The translations under genes and the position numbers were made by a program. From Coriobacteriia bacterium (GTDB lineage: Bacteria > Actinomycetota > Coriobacteriia > WRKU01 > WQUG01): a stretch of DNA of 64,000 nt. Below are positions 8,255 through 18,270 of this stretch, one piece after another. The notes under the pieces were generated by a model, which had not been told where the DNA came from, did no database searches, and saw only the letters and a program-made list of their open reading frames with translations. Where the stretch lies: assembly GCA_009778715.1 (NCBI GenBank), contig WRFR01000005.1:1761-65760 (forward strand). Reading direction: 5' to 3'. Each line of letters opens with the position of its first letter. Position 1 is the stretch's first letter.

Positions 8255-9424
8255 CTAATTCAGTACGCGGACGGCCAGCACGCCATCGATCGATGAGAGC
8301 TGAGCGAGCACGGCGTCAGGCAAGGCGCCGTCGATATCTACCAGGGTGTAGGCGATCTCACCGCGTGATTTGTTAAGCAGGTCAGAGATATTGATGCTGG
8401 CGTCGGCCAGCACGGTCGTGACCTGTCCCACCATATTTGGAACGTTGCGGTTGGCGATGCAGACCCGCGTGGTTCCTGGCGCGCGCGTCAACTCGGCGGC
8501 GGGGAAGTTCACGCTGTTGCGGATCACGCCGTTTTCCAGATAGGCGCGCAGTTCGTCAGCTGCCATGCGGGCGCAGTTCTCTTCGGCTTCTGCCGTCGAG
8601 GCGCCCAGGTGCGGCAGGGTGACCACGCGGTCATGCTTGTTAAGCGCAGGGCTAGGAAAATCGCAGACGTAGCCGCGCAGGCGGTCCTCGTCCAGGGCCG
8701 CGACCAGCGCTTCTTCGTCAACGATGGGCGCGCGCGCGAAGTTGATGAGCACCGCGTCGGGCTGCATCAGAGCGAGCTGCTCGGCGCCGATCATGCCGGT
8801 CGTTGCCGGCAGGAGGGGAACGTGCACCGTGATGATGTCACTTTTGCTCAGGAGCAGGTCAAGGTCGGTCGTGCGGTTGACCTCAGGCGACAGTTTCAGC
8901 GCGTTCTCAACGGAGAGAAGGGGATCGTAACCGTAGACCTTCATCCCGAGTGCATTAGCGGCGTTAGCAACCTCGACGCCGATAGCACCCAGGCCGATCA
9001 CGCCCAGGCTGCGCCCAGGCAGCTCAAAGCCCACGTAGGTTTTTTTGCCCGCTTCGACCGCTTTTGACATCTCGCTGTCAGTGCCCTCAAGACGATGCGC
9101 AAAAGCGGCGGCTGGAACGATGTTTCGCGCGGCCAAGAACAGCGCTGCCATGACAAGCTCCTTGACCGCGTTGGCGTTGGCGCCTGGCGTATTGAAGACG
9201 GGGATGCCGCGCTCGCTGCAGGCGGCCACCGGGATGTTGTTCGTGCCTGCGCCTGCGCGCGCGATGGCGCACACGCTTGTGGGAATGGCGTCCGGGTCCA
9301 GTACCGCGCTTCGGACGAGCAGGGCGTCAGGGTCGGCCATCTCTGGCCCGACTTCATACAGATCACCAGGCAGGCGGCTCAGCCCAACTTCGCTGATGGC
9401 GTTGAGTGTTTTGATGCGTAACAT
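8255..9424 (-). CDS. serA: D-3-phosphoglycerate dehydrogenase
   Basis: It has a D-isomer 2-hydroxyacid dehydrogenase NAD-binding motif (GVIGLGAIG) and catalytic region, plus a C-terminal ACT-like regulatory domain. It is adjacent to serC. Confidence 0.8.
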   Translation of the reverse strand: MLRIKTLNAISEVGLSRLPGDLYEVGPEMADPDALLVRSAVLDPDAIPTSVCAIARAGAGTNNIPVAACSERGIPVFNTPGANANAVKELVMAALFLAARNIVPAAAFAHRLEGTDSEMSKAVEAGKKTYVGFELPGRSLGVIGLGAIGVEVANAANALGMKVYGYDPLLSVENALKLSPEVNRTTDLDLLLSKSDIITVHVPLLPATTGMIGAEQLALMQPDAVLINFARAPIVDEEALVAALDEDRLRGYVCDFPSPALNKHDRVVTLPHLGASTAEAEENCARMAADELRAYLENGVIRNSVNFPAAELTRAPGTTRVCIANRNVPNMVGQVTTVLADASINISDLLNKSRGEIAYTLVDIDGALPDAVLAQLSSIDGVLAVRVLN

Positions 9425-9480
9425 GGATTCGGTTCCTCTCGTATCTTATGACAAAGGGTCAGGTACTTTGTCATATCCTG

Positions 9481-10563
9481 TCAGCAGTGTTCGGCTTCGA
9501 AGGCTGCCATGAACTCGACCAACGCCTCGACGCCCGCCAGCTCCATCGCGTTGTAGATGCTTGCGCGGATACCGCCGACCGAGCGATGCCCCTTCAGGCC
9601 GGTCAGGCCAGCTGCGGTTGCCTCAGAAACGAAGGCGCCCGTCAGCTCCGGATCGCTCAGCGTGAAGACAACATTCATCCGGCTGCGCGCATCCAGCGCG
9701 ACGGGGTTATGGTAGAGGTCCGACGTGTCGATAGCGCCGTAGAGCGCGTCGGCTTTGGCCTGGTTGCGTGCGGCTATCGCCTCAAGCCCGTCTTGCCGCT
9801 GGATCCACTCAAGGGTCAGGCCGAGCAGGTAGATACCGAAGGTCGGCGGGGTGTTGAGCATCGAATCGCTCGCGGCCATCTTCGTGTAATTGAAAACATC
9901 GGGCGTTTCCGGGCGCGCTTGATCGAGCAGATCATCACGCACGAGAACCAGCGTCAGTCCTGCAGGCCCCATGTTCTTTTGTGCGCCGGCATAGATCAGC
10001 CCGAAGCGGCTCACCTCAAGGGGAGCGGACAGGATCGAAGAGGAAAAGTCCGCGACCAGGGGCGCCGTGCCAGGATCAGGGATGTAGCCGAACTCGACGC
10101 CACCGATGGTCTCGTTGGGGGTGTAGTGCAGGTAGCGCGCCGCCGGATCGATGGTGAAGCTGCCGGGGGAAGGCACGGTGGTGTAGTTGCTGGCAGCCTC
10201 GTCAGCAGCGACCTGGACCTGCAGGCCCTGCGCTTGTGCGGCCTTCAGCGCTTTGCCCGACCACTGGCCGGTGTTTAAGAGCGCGATCGTCTCGCCTGGT
10301 GCGGTCAGGTTCATTGGCACAGCAGCGAACTGCCCGGTGGCGCCTCCCTGCAGAAACAACACTCGGTAGTTATCCGGTACGCCCAGGAGGCTGCGGAGCA
10401 GCTCTTCTGCGTGCGCGGAGCAGGCGACGAAGTCCTTGCCCCGGTGCGAAACTTCCAGCACCGACATGCCGCTGCCCTGCCAGTCGCAGAGTTCAGCTTG
10501 AGCTTGCTCCAGTACTTCAAGGGGGATGGCGGCTGGTCCGGCTGAGAAGTTATATACGCGCAT
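9481..10563 (-). CDS. serC: phosphoserine aminotransferase
   Basis: It is 360 aa with class-V aminotransferase features typical of SerC (…FSAGPAAIP…, a PLP-lysine region), and is adjacent to serA. Confidence 0.8.
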   Translation of the reverse strand: MRVYNFSAGPAAIPLEVLEQAQAELCDWQGSGMSVLEVSHRGKDFVACSAHAEELLRSLLGVPDNYRVLFLQGGATGQFAAVPMNLTAPGETIALLNTGQWSGKALKAAQAQGLQVQVAADEAASNYTTVPSPGSFTIDPAARYLHYTPNETIGGVEFGYIPDPGTAPLVADFSSSILSAPLEVSRFGLIYAGAQKNMGPAGLTLVLVRDDLLDQARPETPDVFNYTKMAASDSMLNTPPTFGIYLLGLTLEWIQRQDGLEAIAARNQAKADALYGAIDTSDLYHNPVALDARSRMNVVFTLSDPELTGAFVSEATAAGLTGLKGHRSVGGIRASIYNAMELAGVEALVEFMAAFEAEHC

Positions 10564-10725
10564 AACGGATTCTCATTTCTTTTGTTTGGTCGGATGACAG
10601 GGGGTGTGCACAACTTTGAGTACACCGCAACGAAGAAGCAAGTATAGCATGGAAGAGCAGGCCACTCGCATATTTCCGGGGGATTTCCTCAGATGCTACG
10701 GTTGCAGCTTGTCAGGTCCGCTCCC

Positions 10726-12372
10726 TTACTTTTTCACGAACTTCTCGGTCACTTCAAAGCGCCCGAGGTATTTGCCGAGCATCAGGTGGATCTGTGCGTT
10801 GTAGGCGCCCAAACTGAGGTAAACAAGCGTCGTGATCGGCAAAAGTATCCATTGCAGCAGCATCGTGAGGCTGTAGCTTTTTGGGTAGCGGTCAGGACGC
10901 GGGGGCAAGAGCGTCAAAGCGGTGAGCATCGTGACGATCAGGCCGATGGTCGCCACGCGGCTGACCAGCGTGATAGCTTGCGGCACCTGCAGGATCCGCA
11001 AGCTGTGCAGCGCGGTAGTGGAGAGCAGCCAGGGCAGGCAGCCGCCGAGCGTAATGACGACCGGGATCGCCGCCCAGGTGAAAGTATTGTTCACGAGCCG
11101 CATCCAGCGCGCGAACAGCGGCCAGAAGCGGACGGTTCGCTTGCGTGAGAAGAGATGGCTTGCCACGAAGGCAATGTCAGCGGCGCCGTAGGCCCAACGG
11201 CGGGTCTGGATGAACTGTGAACGCAAGGTGCGCCAGTAGGTCTTCGATAGCACGACATCCTGCCCGATGCTGATCCTGAGCGACACCATGCGGTAGTGGC
11301 CGCTGAAATACAGGTAGCTGCGCCAGAATTGGTGGGCGTCCTCCACGATCGTGCGCGTCGAGAGGAAGTTCATCCCGATCAGCGCCTCCATGCCCTGGGC
11401 GTGCGAGGCGGCGTTGCGCAGCGCGTAGGTGCGCTGCGACAGGATCATGTTCCAGAGCGAGTTGCTGGTCGCGATGACGCGCATCGGCGCTGGCGCGTCC
11501 CAGATGTTGTTCGTGAACAGGCAGATCGGCTGGAAGGAGACCTGCTGGCGATCCGGTGTCGTGATCCAGGCGTAGGAGAGGTAGGAGAAATACTTGGGCT
11601 CAGGGCGGTTGTCGCTGTCGAGCTCCGTCATGATCACGTTGCGCGCGGGGATTTGCTTCTCTCGCAGGTAGCCAGCAAGCTGGCGGCCCGAATGGCTGAG
11701 GTTGGGCCCCTTGCCGATCACCTCACCTGGGATGTCGGCGGGGTGGCCATAGAACAGGAGGTCAAAGAACGTGCCAGCAAAGTTCTCCTTGATCAGACGC
11801 CGTGTCGCCAAAGAGGCCTCTGCCGCGCGCTCCTCATAAGCGATCGTCACGATCAGGCGCTTGGGGTCGTAGTCATTATCCAGCAGTGACTGCAGCGTTG
11901 GGCCCAGGGTGTCATAGGACTCATCCACCATACAGATGACCACGGCATGATAGAGCTCCGAGGGTTTAGGATACTGCTCGGGGAGTCGGTTGATCTCCTG
12001 CAAGTTGAGCACATGCTGGTGGAGCCCGTACTGACGAGAGTAAAGGTCATCTGCTCGTTTCTCAGCAGAGAGAGCGGGATCTTCGAGTTCCTCAAGCCAG
12101 CTTGCCCAGTCGACGTTACGTGACTGCCCATAGACGATGCGTCCTTGTATCGTACGAAAGGCCAGCATCAGCGAGCGAATAAAGGTGATGCTGACGATGA
12201 CCAGCACATAGATCGAGGCCCAGAGGGGAGAGACAAAAAACAACACGATCAGAAGCACCACGGCCGCGATGCTCAAGGCGCCAGGAAGTATCTCGAAAGC
12301 ACGGTAAAGCTTGCTGCGCTTTCCTAAGGGAATCTCGATATCTGTCATGGATAATAGCCTATCCGATTTCAT
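10726..12372 (-). CDS. membrane-embedded processive family-2 glycosyltransferase (cellulose/chitin-synthase-like)
   Basis: There are multiple TM helices flanking a cytoplasmic domain that carries the QxxRW signature (QTRRW) and an ED motif (VEDAHQFW). Confidence 0.55.
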   Translation of the reverse strand: MKSDRLLSMTDIEIPLGKRSKLYRAFEILPGALSIAAVVLLIVLFFVSPLWASIYVLVIVSITFIRSLMLAFRTIQGRIVYGQSRNVDWASWLEELEDPALSAEKRADDLYSRQYGLHQHVLNLQEINRLPEQYPKPSELYHAVVICMVDESYDTLGPTLQSLLDNDYDPKRLIVTIAYEERAAEASLATRRLIKENFAGTFFDLLFYGHPADIPGEVIGKGPNLSHSGRQLAGYLREKQIPARNVIMTELDSDNRPEPKYFSYLSYAWITTPDRQQVSFQPICLFTNNIWDAPAPMRVIATSNSLWNMILSQRTYALRNAASHAQGMEALIGMNFLSTRTIVEDAHQFWRSYLYFSGHYRMVSLRISIGQDVVLSKTYWRTLRSQFIQTRRWAYGAADIAFVASHLFSRKRTVRFWPLFARWMRLVNNTFTWAAIPVVITLGGCLPWLLSTTALHSLRILQVPQAITLVSRVATIGLIVTMLTALTLLPPRPDRYPKSYSLTMLLQWILLPITTLVYLSLGAYNAQIHLMLGKYLGRFEVTEKFVKK

Positions 12373-12462
12373 AACAATGTAGCTAAATCTCCAGATGTAG
12401 ACACCGTTTTGAAAAGATATCCGACGATCGATATATCTGCAGGTTAGGGGCGGGGGGTAACT

Positions 12463-14127
12463 CTACAGTTGGGCGGTGAAGAGCTGCTTGATGTTCATGA
12501 CCACGTCGCTGCTGTCGGCGTTGACGCAATAAGCCTCATTCATCGAGGACAACTCTTTAAGCGAATCGATGTCGTTGTTGTAGCCGATCGTATAGATCGG
12601 GATCTTCAAGCCGCTGACGATTCCCTTGATCTGACTCATGCTCAGGCCATCGTTTTGCTGGCCATCGCTGAGCAGGAAGACCCGCAGTTTGGCGTCGGAA
12701 AGCCCCAGCGCAGTTTGCTTTTTGACCAACATATTCATGGCTGCAACCAACGCGCTGTTCGTGGCGGTATTGCCGCGCGCTTGCAGGTCGCCCACAGCGC
12801 CACAGAACAGGGAATGCGTCGCGGGGGTAAACTTATCGATTGGCATATCGACGGTGATATCGTTTGCCGAACTGTAGCTGACCAGCCCCACGTAATAGTT
12901 CTCGTTAATATAGTTGGCGCCGTTTAAGAGCGAGTCCTTCAGTTGGTTGAGCGGTTCGCCCTCCATGCTGCCGCTGCGATCGATCACGAAGACCGACAGA
13001 ACCGGTTTGCCCGCGTCCTTGTTCTGCTTCCAGAAGTCGAGTGCCTTATACAGCTCAGCGCCGGTGTACTCGTTTTTGACTCCGCCGTAGCCGTTCGTGG
13101 GATTGAAGCCAAGGCTGGTGGCTTCCTGCTGGGCGGCGCTGGTCGAGCAGAAATCAGCGAAGGCCTTCAGGGTCTGCTTCTGCGCAGCAGTCGACTTGTC
13201 AAAGGCGTAGAGTGGGCTGTTGTGCAGAACTCCGCAGGGCGTAAATACCCAGTCCTTCAGCGTGGGGTCGGACTGCCAAGCCTGGTATTCGGTGATGATA
13301 GCGTCTGCTAAGCCCTTACTGGCCACTTGGACCATCTCGGCTGTGGTCGGGCTGGTGGGCGGCACCTTGTCGGCGAAACGCTGCATCTGTGCCTGCGCCT
13401 TGTCGCTGAAGGGGTTAGTCGGGTCAAAGGCGCGCAGCTCCTGGGTCATGATATTGAGCCCGGTACTACTGACGTTCGGGTCAGTATGAGCAAGCTTCAG
13501 GTCACCAGCCAGGACGGCTTTGACGACGTTATCGATCGTGACCGGACTCCCGTACTTCTTGACGTAGCTTTGGTAGACGTTCTTTTTCATGAGGATGCCG
13601 GCTTCATTGCCCGTGAGTTTTTGCGAGATAGTGTCGAGGTTGACGCCCTTGGACTGCAGCATCGCTCCCCAGAGTTCATTAGCGGGAGTGTAGGCTCCTG
13701 GTACATACTTGCCGCTCGTAATATAGCCCATGGCCGAGCCGGATGCGATGGGGCGAACCGACACAGACATGTTGCTGTGCGCACGGTTGAAAGCCTTGGC
13801 TTCGATGTCCAGCCAGCCGCTCCCGTCAACGATAGATTTCTCGGTCGAGGCGAAGATCTCGACATTATTGCTGCTGCCGCCTTTAATGCTCAGGGGGTAC
13901 TTCTGGTTGATATTTGGCAACTCGTCGATCGATCCGCTGGTGCCGACCCAGCTGTTGTCCGGATCATGGCTGACGGTCTTGGTCTTGACTTTGCTCTTGA
14001 CCAGGGCGTCAAGTTTCTCCTGGGCCTGCTTCTGGGTCAGGTTGCTCTCTGATGTTCCGGCGCCGCTACAGCCGGCCAGGACTGCAATGAGTACGAATGC
14101 GAGCGCTATTGATATAAAACGCTTCAT
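12463..14127 (-). CDS. lipoprotein with C-terminal von Willebrand factor A (vWA) domain
   Basis: It has a lipobox (LAGCSG) after the signal peptide. The vWA MIDAS motif is DRSGSM. I moved the start to Met23 (MKRFISIALAF…). Confidence 0.65.
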   Translation of the reverse strand: MKRFISIALAFVLIAVLAGCSGAGTSESNLTQKQAQEKLDALVKSKVKTKTVSHDPDNSWVGTSGSIDELPNINQKYPLSIKGGSSNNVEIFASTEKSIVDGSGWLDIEAKAFNRAHSNMSVSVRPIASGSAMGYITSGKYVPGAYTPANELWGAMLQSKGVNLDTISQKLTGNEAGILMKKNVYQSYVKKYGSPVTIDNVVKAVLAGDLKLAHTDPNVSSTGLNIMTQELRAFDPTNPFSDKAQAQMQRFADKVPPTSPTTAEMVQVASKGLADAIITEYQAWQSDPTLKDWVFTPCGVLHNSPLYAFDKSTAAQKQTLKAFADFCSTSAAQQEATSLGFNPTNGYGGVKNEYTGAELYKALDFWKQNKDAGKPVLSVFVIDRSGSMEGEPLNQLKDSLLNGANYINENYYVGLVSYSSANDITVDMPIDKFTPATHSLFCGAVGDLQARGNTATNSALVAAMNMLVKKQTALGLSDAKLRVFLLSDGQQNDGLSMSQIKGIVSGLKIPIYTIGYNNDIDSLKELSSMNEAYCVNADSSDVVMNIKQLFTAQL

Positions 14128-14873
14128 AATGTTGGTTCTCCTTCTTTGGCTGAAGTGCTTTGGGCAACCATGCCGCGCAATACTTTCAGCCATGAATCAA
14201 GCTCTACTGAGCTGCCGCCCGCGGTGTCGCCACTGATAAGATCGGCAACGTGGCCGAGTGCCTCTTTGGTCTCGTCGAGCAGTTTCTGATTCTTGGCTTG
14301 CTGGGTTTTGATCAGCTTTTTTAGTTCGTCGTAGTGGGCGCTGTTGGGCTGATCGCTCTGATCGCAAGCGATACCACGGACGATGACCGCGCGCAGGTTG
14401 GCGCAGATGATCTTTTCGACTGACCCGAGCAGCTCGACAACGCTTGACCACTCGTCTTCGGTCTTGCTGATGCGCAGGATCTCACCCAGCTGCGCCTTGC
14501 GCCGGTCCATGCTGTCCAGCTGTTCCAGGCAGGCGTCCAGCTCGCCTACCAGCAAGGGGTGAAGCTTCTTCAGGCGCTCCAGCTCGCTGCGGATCGCTTC
14601 AGGCGTCTCTTTGCCCTCGGCGAGCAGGGCGGTGCGCTTACCTTCTGACAGGCGCGCCGCTTGGCGCCGGATGATCGGCACAGCTCCTGCCGCCGCGGTA
14701 ATGAGTCCAACGCCCATAAGAACGTAGGCGACGATCGGCGCTGTGTTTGCTGCGATGATACCCTGGTTGACGATGATCGCGACTCGGAAGACGTTTGCCG
14801 CAGTAAGTCCTAAGCCGCCGACTACAAGAGCGCCGAGCCCGCCGATCAAGAGACCTTTACCGTTACTACGCAT
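14124..14873 (-). CDS. XpaC-like (5-bromo-4-chloroindolyl phosphate hydrolysis family) membrane protein
   Basis: It has two N-terminal TM helices and then a coiled-coil-rich soluble domain. It sits directly downstream of a telA homolog, the same arrangement as yaaN-xpaC in Bacillus. Confidence 0.4.
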   Translation of the reverse strand: MRSNGKGLLIGGLGALVVGGLGLTAANVFRVAIIVNQGIIAANTAPIVAYVLMGVGLITAAAGAVPIIRRQAARLSEGKRTALLAEGKETPEAIRSELERLKKLHPLLVGELDACLEQLDSMDRRKAQLGEILRISKTEDEWSSVVELLGSVEKIICANLRAVIVRGIACDQSDQPNSAHYDELKKLIKTQQAKNQKLLDETKEALGHVADLISGDTAGGSSVELDSWLKVLRGMVAQSTSAKEGEPTL

Positions 14874-14933
14874 ACAAACACCTCCTCCTTTGCCTGCTGC
14901 GCATAAGCGCAGTCGTGCTTCATCAACGCGCGT

Positions 14934-16025
14934 TTACTTGCTGATCTCAAGCAGCTTGTTCTTGAGCTCGCCCTCGATGGCCTGGAGCCTGACTTCAGCG
15001 GCCTGGCGCTGCTCGCGGCCTTCCTTCTGGATCGCCAGCACTTCATCGAGCGTGGTCATGAGATCCTGGTTGGTCTGCTCGAGCGTCTCGACTTCAACGA
15101 TGCCGCGCTCCGAGGCTTTCGCGGCCTCGATGGAGCCCGCTTTCAGTTGGGCCGAATTACGTTTGAGCAGCTCGTTGGTGGTCTCGTCGACCTCTGCCTG
15201 CGCCTTTTCAGCCTCAGCCTGGTTAAAGAGGCTCTTTGCGAGGACCAGCTGCTGCTTCCACAGCGGGATCGTGTTGTTGATCGTAGAGTTGATCTTGTTG
15301 ACCATCGCCGTATCGGCGCCTTGGATCAGCCGTATCTGGGGCGCTGTCTGGATAGAGATGGTACGAGTCAGCTGCAGGTCATAGAGCCGTTTCTCGAACA
15401 GGTTGATCGCTTCGCTTAACCGGTAGGATTTTTCCGCGTCGGCCTGATCGCCGCTCTCTGACGCTTTCGCCTGGAGCGCGATAAGATCCGCGTGGCCTTT
15501 CTCCAGAGCCTGTTTGCCCGCGAGGATATAGAGCGTCAGGTCCTGATAGTACTTCAGGTTCTCGTCATACATGGTATCAAGCATCGTGACATCTGCCTGG
15601 AGCTCCATCTCATGGCCCTTGAGCTTTGCCACGACCTGGTCGACGCTGGATTCGATGGCGGTATAGCGCGCCTGGATCTTTGTAATACTGGCGCCCGCTT
15701 TCTTGAACAGGCCCATGATGCCCTTGGCCTCGTTAGGGTTAAAGCCTTTCAGATCCACCATCAAGTTGGTGATCAGACCGCCGACCTCGCCCATATCCTT
15801 GCCGCGGACTTTGCCCAGGGCGGATTCTGTAAACGATGACATGCGTTGCTGTGCGCCGGCGCCATAGGTCTGGATGGCGTTGGTGTCAAACGTGATGGCC
15901 TGCGCCCGTTGATCGACCAGAGCTTGTTGCTCGGGAGTAAGATCGGGCTTGCTGTCGTCTTTTACCAGATCAGTCACCTCTGGCTGTTGGGTTTCTTCTT
16001 GTGGCATATCCATGATCGCATCCAT
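14934..16025 (-). CDS. telA: TelA-like toxic anion resistance family protein
   Basis: It is a ~360 aa all-helical protein with TelA-like conserved stretches (KLKGHEMELQADVTMLDTMYDENLKYYQDL). The start was reassigned to the ATG that has an AAAGGAG RBS. Confidence 0.7.
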   Translation of the reverse strand: MDAIMDMPQEETQQPEVTDLVKDDSKPDLTPEQQALVDQRAQAITFDTNAIQTYGAGAQQRMSSFTESALGKVRGKDMGEVGGLITNLMVDLKGFNPNEAKGIMGLFKKAGASITKIQARYTAIESSVDQVVAKLKGHEMELQADVTMLDTMYDENLKYYQDLTLYILAGKQALEKGHADLIALQAKASESGDQADAEKSYRLSEAINLFEKRLYDLQLTRTISIQTAPQIRLIQGADTAMVNKINSTINNTIPLWKQQLVLAKSLFNQAEAEKAQAEVDETTNELLKRNSAQLKAGSIEAAKASERGIVEVETLEQTNQDLMTTLDEVLAIQKEGREQRQAAEVRLQAIEGELKNKLLEISK

Positions 16026-16232
16026 GTTGATAGCTCCTTTCAAACACCGAATTGTAGGCTCCTGCGCAGCGGAAAGCAAATGTTGCGCACTAAAGTTTCA
16101 TAGTGTTTGTATCATACACGATGATGCGGTCGACCGTCTGCCATGAGACCAGGCGATGGCGGACAATAGCGCAGTGACAAAAGGACCCCGGGGATCCTTT
16201 TGTCATGTGAGCAAATCGATGCCGTTTGCCAC

Positions 16233-17255
16233 TCAGGCGGCTTTGTTGCGCAGGGCGCGGCTGGCGGTGCTGACGGTGTCAACGACCAGCGCAAAGCAGA
16301 TGATGAAGAAGAGCCCGACGCCCAGATGGGGCGCCCACGCAGCGAGCTGCGCTGAGCCGTTGCCGACCAGGAGCTTGCTGAGGTAGCTCAGAAAAGCCGG
16401 ATTCATGATTGCGGGGCTCAGGAACACCACGGCGGTGCAGGCAAGGATCAGGATGTTCGCGATCAGGGTTGCGAGCGCTACGCGCACCGAGTACTGGCCC
16501 TCGATGAGCATGACAGTTTGTTTTGCGATCCCCAGGATCGCCCAAAGGAGTATCAGCGGCCAGAAACTCCGAATGACAGAGGTTGCAAACACGGGAATCC
16601 ATGTGCCGCTCTCGAGCCAGACGCTGATGATTTGCGGAAAACCCAGGAAAACGATCAAGAGGACAGCCGACCAGAACATGCCGACGATCGGGACGATCAG
16701 TTTGATTTCGGCGCGCTTCTGGGGCACGGGCCGCAGTCGTGAGAAAAAGTCATCCTGGGGAGTGAGGCCGACGTGGAGGCGCTGCATGATCGCGAAGATG
16801 ATCGTCAGTATTGCGAAGGCCCAGAATGCGCCGCCTATCGCGCCGCCGATGGTCTGCCCAAAGAGCTGGCCCGCCAATATCAGGGGATTGGTTGCCGGTT
16901 TTGTGTTGACCAGCGCCGAGATCGCGCCTGAAATTGCGACGACTGCGGTAATGACCGGCAGCAGGAAGCGCAGGATCCGCTTATAGAGAATGAAGTAGCC
17001 GCCGCTGATAAGCGCTCCATTTTCGTCCCCGCTGTATTTGGCCGCGAGCTCTTCTGGTGTGCCGAGCTCGGTCAGAACGACGCGGATATCTTTTTCTGTG
17101 GGCGTGATGGCGCCGCAGCGCTCCGTCAGCATGTCTGCGATCAGGCTGTCGAGTTCCTTTTCTACGTCAGCCCGCATTTTCTCGGGCAGGTAGCGGGTGA
17201 CCGCGTAGATATAGCGCGTGATCAGGTCGTCGTGCTCGTTACTCATAGCTTTCAA
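16233..17255 (-). CDS. PadR-associated membrane protein (DUF1700-like N-terminal domain plus polytopic membrane domain)
   Basis: It overlaps the stop of the upstream PadR gene. It has a soluble N-terminus (…ITRYIYAVTRYLPEKMRADVEKELDSLI…) followed by several TM helices. Confidence 0.4.
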   Translation of the reverse strand: MKAMSNEHDDLITRYIYAVTRYLPEKMRADVEKELDSLIADMLTERCGAITPTEKDIRVVLTELGTPEELAAKYSGDENGALISGGYFILYKRILRFLLPVITAVVAISGAISALVNTKPATNPLILAGQLFGQTIGGAIGGAFWAFAILTIIFAIMQRLHVGLTPQDDFFSRLRPVPQKRAEIKLIVPIVGMFWSAVLLIVFLGFPQIISVWLESGTWIPVFATSVIRSFWPLILLWAILGIAKQTVMLIEGQYSVRVALATLIANILILACTAVVFLSPAIMNPAFLSYLSKLLVGNGSAQLAAWAPHLGVGLFFIICFALVVDTVSTASRALRNKAA

Positions 17256-17599
17256 TCCTCCAAAAGGTTGTTCATATTGGCTGTCATAGTCTGCCAGTGC
17301 GCTTTCAGAGCGGACAGAACTTCGACGCCCAGGCTGGTCGCGTGGTAGTACTTACGCGGCTTGGCGCCCTCTGTGTTCCAGGTGCTTATCAGGAGCCCCT
17401 GGCTTTCGAGTCGGCGCAACAAGGGGTAGAGCGTGTTGGCCTCGATCGCGATGCCGGTATCAGCCAGCTCGGCGATCAGGTTATAGCCGTAGGTCGATTC
17501 CTGCAACTTAGCCAGCACACAGAGGATCACCATCCCCCGGCGCAACTCCAGCAGAAAGCCCGATACGATCTCGTCTTTGTTCATGTACCCTCTTTCCAC
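17252..17599 (-). CDS. PadR family transcriptional regulator
   Basis: It is 115 aa with a PadR winged-helix signature (…YGYNLIAEL…ANTLYPLLRRLESQGLI…). Confidence 0.8.
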   Translation of the reverse strand: MERGYMNKDEIVSGFLLELRRGMVILCVLAKLQESTYGYNLIAELADTGIAIEANTLYPLLRRLESQGLLISTWNTEGAKPRKYYHATSLGVEVLSALKAHWQTMTANMNNLLED

Positions 17600-17867
17600 A
17601 CGTTATTGCTGATTACGGTATATAGTGTAGCACACACTATAAAGTGAAAGTCAAGGGGAGGACGGGCAGAAAGTCAAAGACAGACGATAGATGCAAGAAG
17701 AGTTATGGATATTTCATCGTTATATTTTCTTTTCTTACATCGTTTCCCCAGCTCAGAGCAATGAGAGAACTTTTGGCGCCGCTTCAGGCAAGACGGTAGT
17801 AAGAAAGCGGTAAGTATCGCCTGTTATGGTTGCGACGTGGTTAAAGACAAAATTTTATTGGATTGTT

Positions 17868-17887
17868 ATTACTACTTATGAGTAGTA
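17868..17887. promoter_or_regulatory. inverted repeat TTACTAC-N6-GTAGTAA immediately upstream of higB (candidate antitoxin operator)
   Basis: This is a perfect 7-bp inverted repeat, 18 bp upstream of the higB ATG and overlapping the promoter/RBS region. Confidence 0.4.
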
Positions 17888-17904
17888 AACTAGAGGAGAA
17901 GCCG

Positions 17905-18270
17905 ATGTATGAAATTGAGTATTACACTCGGGCTAATGGGGAACAACCAGTTCAAGTGTATCTTGACAGCCTGAATACGAAGCTCGAAGCGAAGACAGCT
18001 TATATGATCGATTTGCTTGAAAGAAACGGTGCCGCGCTGAGAGAACCCGACTCTAAACATCTTGAAGATGGCATCTTTGAGTTACGGACTAAATTCGGGA
18101 GCGATTCAGGGCGGGTGCTGTTTTTCTTTTTTGTTGAGAAGAGAATTGTTCTGACGCATGGGTTCCTGAAGAAAATAAACAAGACGCCCCGAAGAGAAAT
18201 CGCCAAAGCAAAGCGTTTTCGTAGCGATTATCTGGAGCGTATGGGAGGAGAGCAAAATGGCAAAAAGTGA
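17905..18270 (+). CDS. higB: type II toxin, HigB/RelE-ParE superfamily (Gp49/DUF891-like)
   Basis: It is 121 aa and its stop overlaps the start of a short XRE HTH gene. The toxin-first order is typical of HigBA. The motifs are EYYTRANGEQPVQVYL… and …GRVLFFFFVEKRIVLTHGFLKK. An AGAGGAG RBS precedes the ATG at 17905. Confidence 0.65.
   Translation: MYEIEYYTRANGEQPVQVYLDSLNTKLEAKTAYMIDLLERNGAALREPDSKHLEDGIFELRTKFGSDSGRVLFFFFVEKRIVLTHGFLKKINKTPRREIAKAKRFRSDYLERMGGEQNGKK

Noticed and set aside
10564-10725. Possible riboswitch or T-box leader upstream of serC.
   Set aside because: I could recognise no conserved riboswitch blocks, only a short hairpin (GGTGT…ACACC). That is not enough to call.
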